NCBI GenBank assembly: GCA_963792585.1
Contig: CAWBWI010000001.1
Location: 1,953,743-2,017,742, forward strand
DNA from: Candidatus Eiseniibacteriota bacterium
Lineage (GTDB): Bacteria; Eisenbacteria; RBG-16-71-46; CAIMUX01; VGJL01
Direction of reading: 5' to 3'
Length of the DNA stretch: 64,000 nucleotides
Shown: piece after piece, positions 30,614 through 41,316 of the stretch
How the letters are laid out: every line of letters starts with the position of its first letter
Numbering within the stretch: the first letter of the stretch is position 1
Notes under the pieces: model-generated
What the model was told of the DNA's origin: nothing
Database searches by the model: none
The model's input: only the letters and a program-made list of their open reading frames with translations
Made by a program: the position numbers and the translations under genes

Positions 30614-31528
30614 TCAGTGGGGACGCTCGGTCGTGATCAGGATAACCGAGCCGATGATGATCGCGGCGGCGATGAGGGTCAGTTCGGAGAGCGGCTCATT
30701 CGCGATCAGTGCGCCCAAGGTCATTGCGACGATCGGGTTGACGTAGGCGTAGGTCGCGGCCTTCGCGGGCGTGGTGACCTTCAGAAGCCACGTGTAGGCG
30801 GTGAACGCAACGATCGATCCGAATCCGATCAGGTAGAGGAAGGACCATGCAGCGCGCGGAGTGATCAGATCCAGTCGGACCCTGCCGACCTCCCCCGTCA
30901 TCAGCCCGACGAGGACGAGGGCCGCGCCGCCGCCCAGCATCTGGAGCGCGGTGGAGAGGATCGGATCCGCCGGCGCGCCCGCGCGCCGGGAGTAGAGCGA
31001 GCCGGCTGCCCAGAACGCGGAAGCGAGCACGAGCATCAAGGCCCCGACCTGCACCTGGTGTCCCCCGCCGAGATGCCCGCCGGGATGCACGAGGAGTGCC
31101 ACGCCGCCGAATCCGATCAAGAGCCCCGCGATACCGCGGACGCCCGGCCGCTTCGAGGGTTCGATCGCCCAGTGCATCACCCCCATCCAGATCGGAACGG
31201 AAGCAATGATCAACGCCGTCAGGCCGGAGGGAACCCATTGCTCTGCCCAGCAGACGATGCCGTTGCCGCCCAGGAGCATCAGAGTTCCCGAGATCGCCGC
31301 CGCGCCCCACTGCGCGGAGGTCGGACGCGCTGTCCCGCGTGAGAGCCGCCAGACATAGAGGATCATGCCCGCGATGAGGAACCGGGCGCCGGCCATGAGA
31401 AACGGCGGAATTGTTTCGACGGCGAAGCGGATCGCGAGATAGGTCGATCCCCAGATCAGATAGATGGACAGGAAGGCGAGGACGATCCGAAGGCGCGAGG
31501 CTCCGGCCGGTGGGTTGGAGGGCGTCAT
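30614..31528 (-). CDS. EamA/DMT-family transporter (YedA-like)
   Basis: YLIWGSTYLAIR, GGNG, YAYVNP; about 10 TM helices. Confidence 0.9.
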   Translation of the reverse strand: MTPSNPPAGASRLRIVLAFLSIYLIWGSTYLAIRFAVETIPPFLMAGARFLIAGMILYVWRLSRGTARPTSAQWGAAAISGTLMLLGGNGIVCWAEQWVPSGLTALIIASVPIWMGVMHWAIEPSKRPGVRGIAGLLIGFGGVALLVHPGGHLGGGHQVQVGALMLVLASAFWAAGSLYSRRAGAPADPILSTALQMLGGGAALVLVGLMTGEVGRVRLDLITPRAAWSFLYLIGFGSIVAFTAYTWLLKVTTPAKAATYAYVNPIVAMTLGALIANEPLSELTLIAAAIIIGSVILITTERPH

Positions 31529-31626
31529 AGACGAACAATACGCATTCCGGGTCCGGCGTCGCAGGGGAATTCGCCTGGCGCCGGGCGGTTGTGGCGACTG
31601 CGCCGATCGTGCGTTAATGTGGACCC

Positions 31627-32121
31627 ATGGAAACACGAGCGCTTGTGATTCTCGTTTCAGGGGCCGCGCGACCCCGACCGGAGGATGCGGCGAACGCCGA
31701 ATCGGTCGGCCGCCTGCTGGCCCTCGCGGGGGCCACGGTCCTGACCGGCGGCCGCGGCGGGGTCATGGAGGCGGCAAGCCGCGGCGCACGCGAGGCCGGC
31801 GGCGAGACGCTGGCCATCCTCCCCGGATCCGACGCGGAGGACTCCCCGCCGAACCCGTACGTGATGCGCGCCGTCTTCACCGGCATGGAGGACGCGCGCA
31901 ACGCGATCCTCGTGCGCAGCGCCGATGCCGTGATCGCGGTCGGTGGAGGATGGGGCACGCTCTCCGAGATCGCCCTCGCGCGCAAGATCGACCGGCCCGT
32001 GGTCCTGCTTGGCTCATGGGAGATCACGGCCCCCGACGCAGCTGTCGGACCGATGCCTCCCCGGGCGGGCGGTCCCGCAGAGGCCGTGAAGATGGCGATC
32101 GACGCGGCCCGGCATCCTTGA
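31627..32121 (+). CDS. LOG/SLOG-family (TIGR00725-like) protein
   Basis: TGGRGGVMEAASRGA, RNAILV, GGGWGTLSEI. Confidence 0.88.
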   Translation: METRALVILVSGAARPRPEDAANAESVGRLLALAGATVLTGGRGGVMEAASRGAREAGGETLAILPGSDAEDSPPNPYVMRAVFTGMEDARNAILVRSADAVIAVGGGWGTLSEIALARKIDRPVVLLGSWEITAPDAAVGPMPPRAGGPAEAVKMAIDAARHP

Positions 32122-32154
32122 TCCGCCGAGGCGTGCCGTTGTAGGCTGTCTCGC

Positions 32155-33711
32155 ATGAATGGCAAATCCTCGTTCTACGTAACAACCCCGATCTATTACG
32201 TCAACGACGAGCCCCACATCGGCCACGCGTACACGACCGTCCTGGCCGACGTGCTCACCCGCTTCCACCGCCTGAGCGGCGACGAGACCTTCTTCCTCAC
32301 CGGGGTCGACGAGCACGGCCAGAAGGTGCAGGACGCCGCGCGCGCCCGCGGGGTGGATCCCCAGACGCACTGTGATGAGATGTTCATCCGTTACACAGAC
32401 CTGTGGAAGCGGCTCGAGATACGTAATAGCGACTTTATCCGGACAACGGAGCCGCGGCATAAGAAGATCGTCCACGAGTTCACCGAGAGGCTCCGCGCGG
32501 CCGGTGACATCTATGAGAGCACGTATGAAGGCTGGTACTGCGTCCCGGATGAGCGGTTCTGGACCGAGAAGGACCTGCTGCCGGGGAACCTGTGCCCCCT
32601 CTGCAATCGCCCTACGAGTCAGATCTCCGAGCGGAACTACTTCTTCCGCATGTCCAAGTATCAGAATTGGCTGGTTCAGCATATCGAGGAGCATCCAGAG
32701 TTTATCCAGCCGGAGACGCGGCGTAACGAGGTCTTGGGCTTCCTGCGCAAGCCGCTCGAGGACCTCTGCATCAGCCGCCCACGCACGCGCCTGGAATGGG
32801 GCATCCCGCTGCAGTTCGACGACAAGTACGTCACCTACGTCTGGCTCGACGCGCTGGTGAATTACTACAGCGCGGTGATCGACAAGAAACGCGGGGACGG
32901 CTCCCCATGGTGGCCCGCCGACCTGCATCTGATCGGCAAGGATATCCTGACCACCCATGCAGTCTATTGGCCGACGATGCTCCAGAGCGCCGGCCTGCCC
33001 CAACCGCGCACGATCCTCGCCCATGGCTGGTGGCTCATCGCCAACACCAAGATGGGCAAGTCGCTCGGCAACGTCGTCAAGCCGATCGACATGGCCGAGC
33101 GCTACGGCCATGACGCGTTCCGGTACTTCCTGATGAGAGACATGGTTCTCGGTCAGGACGCGAACTTCAGCGAGGAGGCGCTGATCGCGCGGATCAACTC
33201 GGACCTCGCGAACGATCTCGGCAACTGCCTCAACAGGGTGCAGAAGATGCTCGACAGCCACTTCGGCAACCGGATGCCGGCGGCGGGCAACTCGGGCGAG
33301 CCGGAACGGAAGCTCGAGGCGGTCTCGCGCGCGGCGGCCGGAGCCGTCCCCGGCCTGATCGCACAATTGAAGCTTCACGCGGCCATCGAGGAAACTCTGC
33401 AGATGGTGCGCGCGACGAACCGCTACCTCGAAGAGAAGGCCCCCTGGAAGGCCGTCAAGACCGAGGGAGCCGCGGGCATCGCGACGACGATGTGGACATC
33501 CGCCGAGACGCTCCGCCTGGCGGCGGCACTGCTCTCCCCCGTCATGCCGGCCAAGTGCGGCGAGCTCTTGCACCGCCTCGGGGTCCTCGAGGACCCGCGC
33601 GCGCTGATCGATTCCCCCCTCTCGTCGGATCAACTCGCCTGGGGTCTCCTCCCCGAGGGCGCGCCGGTCCGCCCGGGTCCCCCGCTGTTTCCGAGGATCG
33701 AAACGACCTAG
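32155..33711 (+). CDS. metG: methionine--tRNA ligase (short form, no C-terminal tRNA-binding domain)
   Basis: YVTTPIYYVNDEPHIGHAY, YVWLDAL, KMGKSLGN, DLANDLGN. Confidence 0.97.
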   Translation: MNGKSSFYVTTPIYYVNDEPHIGHAYTTVLADVLTRFHRLSGDETFFLTGVDEHGQKVQDAARARGVDPQTHCDEMFIRYTDLWKRLEIRNSDFIRTTEPRHKKIVHEFTERLRAAGDIYESTYEGWYCVPDERFWTEKDLLPGNLCPLCNRPTSQISERNYFFRMSKYQNWLVQHIEEHPEFIQPETRRNEVLGFLRKPLEDLCISRPRTRLEWGIPLQFDDKYVTYVWLDALVNYYSAVIDKKRGDGSPWWPADLHLIGKDILTTHAVYWPTMLQSAGLPQPRTILAHGWWLIANTKMGKSLGNVVKPIDMAERYGHDAFRYFLMRDMVLGQDANFSEEALIARINSDLANDLGNCLNRVQKMLDSHFGNRMPAAGNSGEPERKLEAVSRAAAGAVPGLIAQLKLHAAIEETLQMVRATNRYLEEKAPWKAVKTEGAAGIATTMWTSAETLRLAAALLSPVMPAKCGELLHRLGVLEDPRALIDSPLSSDQLAWGLLPEGAPVRPGPPLFPRIETT

Positions 33712-33720
33712 GGAGATCGC

Positions 33721-34497
33721 ATGGATTTCATAAACTTAGCGCGAGCGAACGCGCTCATCCTCTTCATCGTCTTCTGCACGCTCGTGCTCACCTTCATCGC
33801 CATGGCGCGCCGGGGCGGCAACCTCTACATCCGCAAGATCGCCGGCCTGAACGCGATCGATGAGGCGGTCGGCCGCGCCACGGAGCTGGGCAAGAAAGTC
33901 CTCTACGTCCCCGGGATCATGAGCATCGACGAGAACCAGACGATCGCGAGCCTCGCCGTCCTCGGACACGTGGCGCGCATGACCGCGCGCTACAACACCG
34001 ATCTCGACGTCCCGAACAAGGATCCGCTCACCTTCGCCGCCGCCCGCGAGACGGTGAAGGAGGCGTACATCGAGGAGGGACGGCCGGACCTGTTCACCGA
34101 GTCGATCGTCCACTACGTGACTTACGACCAGTTCGCCTACACCGCGTCGGTCTCCGGCATCATGATGCGGGAACGCCCCGCTGCGAACTTCCTCATCGGC
34201 TCGTTCTACGCGGAGAGCCTGCTCCTGGCGGAGACCGGCCAGACGAGCGGCGCGATCCAGATCGCCGGAACCGCCGAGGTCGCGCAGCTGCCCTTCTTCG
34301 TTTGCGCCTGCGACTACACCCTGATGGGCGAAGAGCTCTATGCGGCCGGCGCCTACCTGTCGCGCGAACCGGCCCAGATGGGGAGCATCAAGGGTCAGGA
34401 CGTCACCAAAGCCGTCGTCGGCCTCTATATAATTGTCGCCACCATCCTCCTGGCGGCGGGCAGCGGGTTTCTCAAGGCCCTGCTGACGATCGAGTAG
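33721..34497 (+). CDS. DUF6754-like membrane protein (operon gene A)
   Basis: TM-soluble domain-TM; IRKIAGLNAIDEAVGRATELG, FYAESLLLAE, QLPFFVCACDYTLMGEELYAAGAYLS; family name recalled. Confidence 0.75.
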   Translation: MDFINLARANALILFIVFCTLVLTFIAMARRGGNLYIRKIAGLNAIDEAVGRATELGKKVLYVPGIMSIDENQTIASLAVLGHVARMTARYNTDLDVPNKDPLTFAAARETVKEAYIEEGRPDLFTESIVHYVTYDQFAYTASVSGIMMRERPAANFLIGSFYAESLLLAETGQTSGAIQIAGTAEVAQLPFFVCACDYTLMGEELYAAGAYLSREPAQMGSIKGQDVTKAVVGLYIIVATILLAAGSGFLKALLTIE

Positions 34498-34504
34498 GCA
34501 CGCT

Positions 34505-35198
34505 ATGAAATTCCTGAAGATCCAGCTCCCCCTCTTCCTGACCCTCCTCGCGGGACTGATCCCGATCGTCGCCTTCTTCGCGAGCCCCGACGCGCACCAG
34601 ATCCAGTTCACGAAGGACCGGCTCGAGAAGTACATGGTGATCATCGCTTCCTTCGCGCTCATGCTCGGGCGTGATCAACGTGGTTCAGTCCAATGTCCGC
34701 AAGATCGAGAAGCGGCACACGGGCTGGCAGTACGGAGCATTCCTTCTGGCCGGCTTGCTGAGCATGGCGATCTCCGGGATCCTCGGCACGATCAAGGTCG
34801 GCCGCTTCCAGGGAATCGGCTACCTCCCCGACGGATCCCGCAGCCCGTTCCAGTGGGGCGCGGAGTTCATCTTCACGCCGCTACAGGCGACCATGTTCAG
34901 CGTGCTCGCCTTCTTCATGGCGTCGGCAGCCTTCCGCGCCTTCCGTGCGCGCAACATCGAGGCGACGATTCTCCTGATCGCGGCAGGTGTGGTGATGCTC
35001 GGCCGGATTCCGCTCGGCGAGTCGATCATGGGCGGCAACCCATGGCTCGCCCACTTCACCGATTGGCTCATGGACTGGCCGAACGCCGCCGCGCAGCGCG
35101 GCATCATCATCGGGGCGGCACTAGGCGCGGCGAGCCTCTCATTGCGGGTCATCACCGGGATCGAGCGGACCTACCTCGGCCTCGAGAAGAGCGAATAG
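34505..35198 (+). CDS. uncharacterised polytopic membrane protein (operon gene B; frameshift about 34,669)
   Basis: Two frames join into about 230 aa, about 6 TM; PLQATMFSVLAFFMASAAFRAFRARN, RGIIIGAALG, GIERTYLG. Confidence 0.75.
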
Positions 35199-35208
35199 GG
35201 GGCCGCCG

Positions 35209-36085
35209 ATGAACTTCCTCGAACGCATGATGAGCATCGACCGCCGCTGGATCTTCCTCCTCGTCGCCGTCGGGACGATCCTGCCGATCCTGTTCCCGAT
35301 CGGCTTCAAGGTCTCCATCACCCCGCCCGTCCGCTCCCTCTTCGATCGGATCGAAGCGATGCAGCCCGGCGATGTCGTTCTGCTCTCCTACGACTACGGC
35401 CCCTCGACCGCCCCCGAGAACGACCCGATGGCCGACGCCGTTCTACGCCACTGCTTCTCGAAGAAGATCAAGGTCGTCATCCTCGCCCTCTATCCGATCG
35501 GCGGGATCACGATGGCCGACCAGTCGATCGCGCGCGTCACTGCGGGACTATCCTGAGGTCGTGCGCGGCGTCGACTACGCCAACCTCGGCTACAAGTCGG
35601 GCGGCCAGGCCACGATGAAGCAGCTCGGCGAGGACATCCGGAACGTCTTCCCCAATGACCGCTACGGAACGCCCCTCGACGAGGTGCCGCTCCTGAAGAC
35701 TAGTCCACAACTACTGGGGACATGAAGCTCGTCGTGAGCTTCGCGACCGGGATCATCGGCGAGTGGTGGGCGAATCTGATCAACGCGCAGTTCGGCATCC
35801 CCGTCGCGTGCGGCTGCACGGCCGTCTCGGCGCCGAAGTACTACGCCTTCTTGCAGTCAGGACAGATGGTCGGACTGCTCGGCGGGCTCAAGGGGGCGTC
35901 CGAGTACGAGTGGCTCCTGATGGACGCCTACCCCAAGACGCCACGCCGCGTACGAGCGGCCCGGCCTCTACACCGCGATCAAAGGGATGGACGTGCAGAC
36001 GATCGATCACTCGATCATTCTCGCCTTCATCATCCTCGGAAACCTCGCCTACCTGCTTACGCGCATGCGCAGGCGGGCTTCCTAG
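35209..36085 (+). CDS. uncharacterised membrane protein with central soluble domain (operon gene C; several frameshifts)
   Basis: Segments DRRWIFLL, SYDYGPSTAPE, GVDYANLGY, SGQMVGLLGGLKGASEYE, GMDVQTIDHSIILAFIILGNLAY; TAG 36083-36085. Confidence 0.7.
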
Positions 36086-36090
36086 GAGGA

Positions 36091-36733
36091 ATGATGGAAA
36101 CCCTTGGCATCTGGATCGCGGCGTTCCTGACCCTGTGTCTCATGAGCTTCCTGTACAAGGACAACCGGTTCTTCCGCTTCGCTGAATCGGTCTTCGCGGG
36201 CGTCTCGCTCGGCTACTACGTCGGCCAGGAGGCGAGCCAGACGATTCGTCCCAACCTGATCGACCCCCTCCGGCATGACTTCGCCCACAACTGGGACCTG
36301 ATCTTCCGCTATTGATCGGCATCAACCTCTACACGCGTTACATTCCGAAGACGAACTGGTGGGCGCGCTGGTCGCTCGCGATCTACGTCGGCTACTACGT
36401 CGGCGTGAACATGGTGCAGAAGCTGCACGGCGAGGTCCTGCCGCAGATGGCGAGCACGATCGTGCCGTTCACATGAACAACGGGTGGCTTGGACTCATCA
36501 ACAGCATCATCCTCTTCGTCGGCGTGCTCTCGGTGCTCGTCTACTTCTTCTTCTCCGTCGAGCACAAAGGGGCCGTGGGCGGTGTGAGCAAGCTCGGCAT
36601 CTGCTTCCTGATGCTCGGCTTCGGCGCGGCGTTCGGCTACACCGTGATGGGACGGATCTCGCTCCTGATCGGCCGCTTCAACTTCCTGATCGTGCGGTGG
36701 ATCATGGGGACGATCCTCGGCCAAGGAGGCTGA
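36091..36733 (+). CDS. uncharacterised polytopic membrane protein (operon gene D; frameshifted)
   Basis: GGAGG RBS; WIAAFLTLCLMSFLYKDNRFFRFAE...YFFFSVEH...FGAAFGYTVMGRISLLIGRF. Confidence 0.72.
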
Positions 36734-36735
36734 CG

Positions 36736-37737
36736 ATGCGGGCACGGCTCTGGGTTGTATTGCTCATGATCCTCCCCGGAGCTGCGACCGGCGCCGGACA
36801 CGCGCTCTTCAACGGCACCCGACCTCCTCTCTGCGCGACCTTCTCGATCGTCGCGCGCGACACCACCACCGGGGAGTTGGGCGTCGCGGTCCAATCTCAC
36901 TGGTTCTCCGTCGGATCGTCCGTGCCCTGGGCGGAAGCGGGTGTGGGCGCGGTGGCCACACAGTCATTCGTCGAGCCCGCGTACGGCCCCAAGATCCTGG
37001 GACGGATCCGGGGCGGTGAGCGTGGCACCGACGCCCTCGTCGCAGAGACCGACGCCGACACGCTGCGCGACGTTCGTCAGGTTCTCGTGATCGACGCCAA
37101 GGGCAACGCCGGTGTTCACACCGGCCAGGGCTGCATGCCCTACTGCGGTCACCATGTGGGGCGCAACTTTGTCTGCGCGGGCAACCTCCTTGCCGCCGAC
37201 AAGGTTTGGGACCGGATGGCCGATGCGTTCGAGACGTCGCCGGGCGCGTTGGGCGATCGCCTGATCGCGGCGCTCGAGGCCGGACAAGCCGCCGGCGGCG
37301 ACTCGCGCGGGATGCAGTCGGCCGCGATGGTCGTCGTGAAGGTGATCGACCCTGAGAAGCCGTGGAAGAACCGCGTCGTCGACCTGCGGGTCGAGGACAA
37401 CGTGCAGCCGATCGCCGAACTGAAGAGGTTGTACGTGATCCGCCGCGCCTACGACCTCGCCGATCAGGGCGACAACGCTTTCGCCGTGAAGGACTACGCC
37501 GCGGCGATGCGCCTCTACGACGGCGCCGTCCAGCTCGTGCCGCAGAACGACGAGCTGATCTTCTGGCGCGGCTCGATGAAGATGGGGATGGGCGATGAGG
37601 CGGGTGCGGTCGCCGACTCCCGCACCGCGATCGAGATGAACCCGCGGTGGCGCGCGCTCATCGCCCGGCTGCCGGATGCGATCTATCCCGGCGTCGAGGC
37701 GGTCTGCGCGAAGCTCGGGATCGAGAGGAAGAAGTAA
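36736..37737 (+). CDS. secreted DUF1028 (Ntn-hydrolase-like) protein with C-terminal TPR
   Basis: Signal peptide; TFSIVARD..GELGVAVQSHWFSVG, AGGDSRGMQSAA, DLRVED. Confidence 0.88.
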   Translation: MRARLWVVLLMILPGAATGAGHALFNGTRPPLCATFSIVARDTTTGELGVAVQSHWFSVGSSVPWAEAGVGAVATQSFVEPAYGPKILGRIRGGERGTDALVAETDADTLRDVRQVLVIDAKGNAGVHTGQGCMPYCGHHVGRNFVCAGNLLAADKVWDRMADAFETSPGALGDRLIAALEAGQAAGGDSRGMQSAAMVVVKVIDPEKPWKNRVVDLRVEDNVQPIAELKRLYVIRRAYDLADQGDNAFAVKDYAAAMRLYDGAVQLVPQNDELIFWRGSMKMGMGDEAGAVADSRTAIEMNPRWRALIARLPDAIYPGVEAVCAKLGIERKK

Positions 37738-37775
37738 GAGGACGTCGTCCCGCGTCCCGCCCCTTCGACTGGCAC

Positions 37776-38873
37776 TTACCGGGTGCTCCCGGCTCCGACG
37801 GCCAGCTCAACACGGATCGTCATGTCGAGCCCGTTCATACGGACGCCGGGCATGCTCGGCCTGCCGCCTCCGGGACGGCCCATCCCGCCCCGACGAGGTC
37901 CGCCTCCGCCGGGAAATCCCCCGCCGCCACCGCCACCTCCGGGGAAGTCCTGGTTGTACTGGAAGCCGCCCGGCGGCATGCCCCCGCCGCCCCCCGGCGG
38001 CATTCCTTCGCCACCGCCCCGTCGCCCCTCGCGCTCATCTCCCGCCTCGCGCTTGGGGATCAGGAAGTTCACGTCGACGGATGCCGCATCCTTCGCTTGC
38101 GCGGCTCTCGCAAGCGAGCCCGGACGCAATCCGATCGCCTGGGGATGATCCATATCCCGCACGAACGGGACCCGCATCTCCAGAACCAGATATCCTTCAT
38201 CGAGGCTCATCGCCTCCTCGATCCCGCGCCGCGCCGCCTCGGCTGAAGAGAGACGGAGACTGTCCTCTCCCGCCTGTGTGTAGATCTCGATCTCCTTCGG
38301 CAGATCGTCGAGAAGGGTCTGAATCATCTTCTCGTTCAGGCTGTCCCGTTGCCTCGCATCCCCTTCCGCACCACGCCTCCCCTCCGGATCCCGATCTTCG
38401 TCACCCCGATCTTCGCCGCCCTGATCGTCGGGATCCCCCCAATCGCCCGGACCACCCTGGGTAAGGTCGAATCGTGCGGAGGGCGCGCCTCCTCCACCTC
38501 GGGCAGGAGATTCACCACCCGGACCCATCCGTCCGGGCATGAAGCCTGCCGCCCTCGGACAGCCGACCCAGAGGAGACCGCTCCCATTCTCGGGCCGGAA
38601 TCGAACCCGAAACCCGCGTGTAAGGCCCTGCATCATGGCCTCCCGGTTCTGCGATACCAGAACCAGATAAAGCGACTCGGCGTCGTTCGCCAGACCGAGA
38701 TAAACCTTCTTATCCTCGAACTGGTATACGCCGAGACCGTTCCAGTCCGCCTTCTTCCCATCGATCGCGATTACACGATCTCCGCGCCACACGCTCTCGA
38801 CGCTGGCGTCGTGACACCCGGAGACCAGCGCAGCCGCCACACACAGCCCACCCAGGACGAGGATCCGTCTCAT
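37776..38873 (-). CDS. hypothetical lipoprotein with Gly/Pro-rich tracts
   Basis: Lipobox VSGC; IDGKKADW, ANDAESLYL; ATGA overlap with kinase stop. Confidence 0.7.
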   Translation of the reverse strand: MRRILVLGGLCVAAALVSGCHDASVESVWRGDRVIAIDGKKADWNGLGVYQFEDKKVYLGLANDAESLYLVLVSQNREAMMQGLTRGFRVRFRPENGSGLLWVGCPRAAGFMPGRMGPGGESPARGGGGAPSARFDLTQGGPGDWGDPDDQGGEDRGDEDRDPEGRRGAEGDARQRDSLNEKMIQTLLDDLPKEIEIYTQAGEDSLRLSSAEAARRGIEEAMSLDEGYLVLEMRVPFVRDMDHPQAIGLRPGSLARAAQAKDAASVDVNFLIPKREAGDEREGRRGGGEGMPPGGGGGMPPGGFQYNQDFPGGGGGGGGFPGGGGPRRGGMGRPGGGRPSMPGVRMNGLDMTIRVELAVGAGSTR

Positions 38874-40303
38874 TGCCTCATCACTCCTTCTCCAACCCCC
38901 TGCGGCCCGTCCGCCGGCCGCCCCACCGGAATCTCCATCTCGATCACGAGCCCGCCGCCCTCGCGCGATCGCGCGAGGATCGTCCCGCCGTGGGACTCGA
39001 TTCCGCGCCGCGCGATGGCGAGCCCGAGCCCGACCCCGCCGCTCATGCGCTCCCGCGACTCTCTCCCCCCGCGTGAACGGCTCGAAGATCCGCTCGAGTT
39101 CGGCCTCCGGGACGCCCGGCCCCCGGTCGAGCACGCGGAGCACCGCGCGCTCCTGCGCCGCCTCGGGATCGCGCCGCAGCCCGAGTTCGATCTCGACCGC
39201 CGAACCGGCCGCGCTCACCCGGATCGCATTGCGTACGACGTTCTCGATCGCGCTGCGCGCAACCGAGATCTCGCCGTTGACGAAACCGCATCCTGCGATC
39301 CCGTGACGAGAACCTCGACCCCTTTGGCGGCGGCCTCGAACCGCGCATCTTCCGCGATCCCATCGACGAGCTCACCAAGATCGAACCGCTCGCGCGTCGC
39401 CGCCCCGGCGCCGCTCTCGAGGCGGCTCAAGGTCAGTATCTGCGCGATCAGCGACTCCAGCCGCTCGGCCTCGCGCTCGATGCGGCCGAGCAGTTCCGCC
39501 TGCGATGGATCCGCCTGTTGCTGGGCGAGCCCGAGGGCGACACGGATGCGCGCGAGCGGCGATCGCAACTCGTGGGAGACGTCGCGCAGGAGCCGCCGGT
39601 GGGAAAGCACGAGTGACTCGATCCGCTCGGCCATCCGGTTGAAGTCGCGTCCGAGCGACGACAGCTCATCGCCGCCGCTGGCGCGATTCCCCTCGACGCG
39701 CGCCGAGAGATCGCCCGACGCGAGTTTGCGCGACGGCGTGCCGGAGCCGCGTCACCGGCGCGGTGACGTAGCGGGCGAGCGCGAAGCAGAGGAACCCGCC
39801 GATCGCGATCAGGACGATGACGCTCGTCGACCGGTGCCGTGGAGGCCGGAAGGGCTCGCGACGCCCCGGACCCGGTGGTGGAGCGAGGACGAGGACGCTC
39901 GAGTCGAGATCGGCCCCACCGCCCAGGCTGTAGGCGAAGTATGGCCGTCGGTCCATCTTCGAGGAAGCCCGTCCCGCGTCCCGCGAGGACTTCCCGCGCG
40001 AGCCGATCGAGCCCCTTCGGATACGGCAGGCTGCGCAGCTCACGCCCGCCTCGGTCGATGACATAGGCATGGAGCCGGCTCTCGGCGTCCATGCGCCCGA
40101 GTGCACGTCACGAGTCCCTCACGTCCGTCGCGGGCGAGCGCGTCGCGCGCGTAGTCCGCATGGATGCGGAAGGGATCCCCCCAGTGGCGCGCATCGGACT
40201 CGGGTCGCTGCTCAGCGAGCCGCATCATCCCGTAGGAGACGACGATCAGGACGGCGAGCGATAGGCAGAACCAGATGAAGATCTTCGCGAAGAGGGTCTT
40301 CAT
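38870..40303 (-). CDS. CpxA-like HAMP sensor histidine kinase (multiple frameshifts)
   Basis: MKTLFAKIFIWF, DVSHELRSPLARI, DRGPGVPEAELERIFEPF, GGGLVIE in different frames. Confidence 0.85.
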
Positions 40304-41057
40304 GCCGGCTTCCCCCGGCCCGGCGGCGCGTTCGAGGACCAGGATGTACCCGGCGCTGCGCACGGTCTTGATCAGCACCTGATCCCCCGACATTCGCTGC
40401 AGCTTGCGCCGGAGGTTGCTGACATGCATGTCGACGCTCCGGTCGTACGGGCTGTAGGTCCGTCCGAGCGCGTGCTTCGAGATCTCATCGCGCGAGACGA
40501 CGCGGCCCGACGCGGCCGCGAGCAGGTGAAGCACGTCGAACTCGACCGTCGTCAGGGGGATCGGATGCCCGGAGTAGGTCGCCTCACGTCGATCCAGGTG
40601 GATGGCAAGATCATGGAGCACGATGGGCGGCGCGCTACCCGCGGGATCCCCTGCGCGCGCGGCTGCGGGAGCGGTCCTGCGCAAGATCGCCTGGATCCGC
40701 GCGACGAGTTCCCGGGGGTTGAACGGCTTCGGGAGGTAGTCGTCGGCGCCCAGCTCGAGGCCGACGATCCGGTCGACGTCCTCGCCACGCGCGGTCAGCA
40801 TCAGGACCGGCATCGCGCTCTTCCTGCGCAGACGCCGAAGGACCTCGAATCCGGGAAGGCCGGGGAGCATCACATCGAGGATCATGAGGTCGAAGGAGCC
40901 GTCGGCCGCGCGCTCGAGGCCGGACTCGCCGTCGAAGACGCTCTCGACCGCGAAGCCCTCGCGCTCCAGGTAGGTCGTCAGCAGACTCGCACAGCTCCCG
41001 ATCGTCGTCGACGACGAGGATCCGTCGCGGTTCCGCGTGTATGCTCTTGTCGCTCAT
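40300..41057 (-). CDS. CpxR/OmpR-family response regulator (frameshifted)
   Basis: ILVVDDD, ILDVMLP, GLELGADDYLPKPFNPREL, DRSVDMHVSNLRRKL, IKTVRSAGY. Confidence 0.9.
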
Positions 41058-41095
41058 CTTCGCCCTGAGACTACATCCGCCTCTCGCGGCGCTGT

Positions 41096-41163
41096 GTAAG
41101 GATTTGTCAACCCCACCGGACACATCTTTACCAATCCGTGACCGATCCGGACGGCGCTTTGAC
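41096..41163. promoter_or_regulatory. putative CpxR/OmpR-type tandem binding boxes in divergent promoter
   Basis: GTAAG-N5-GTCAA at 41096-41110; TTTAC/GTGAC/CGGAC/TTGAC pentamers spaced 10-11 bp at 41127-41163. Confidence 0.45.
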
Positions 41164-41316
41164 GCTTCCGAGGGTACAAGTCAAGTCATCGGTCGCGCGT
41201 GCCGGGTGCAGGGCGGAACGATCGGATGCTTGGAGGATGAGAGCCAATAGAGAGCATCGGACGCCCGTCCTGCACACGGTTCGCGAAACGCACCAATGAA
41301 AGGAAGAGGAAGAGAC

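Noticed and set aside
34505..36733. Programmed frameshifting or pseudogenisation of the membrane operon
   Set aside because: No consistent slippery sites, and similar indels affect many unrelated genes, favouring sequencing error.
37776..39218. 480-aa kinase-lipoprotein hybrid ORF
   Set aside because: Frameshifted kinase tail read into the lipoprotein, which has its own start at 38873.
40040..40885. Response regulator-kinase fusion
   Set aside because: The ATGA overlap at 40300-40303 indicates two coupled genes; read-through is explained by an indel.
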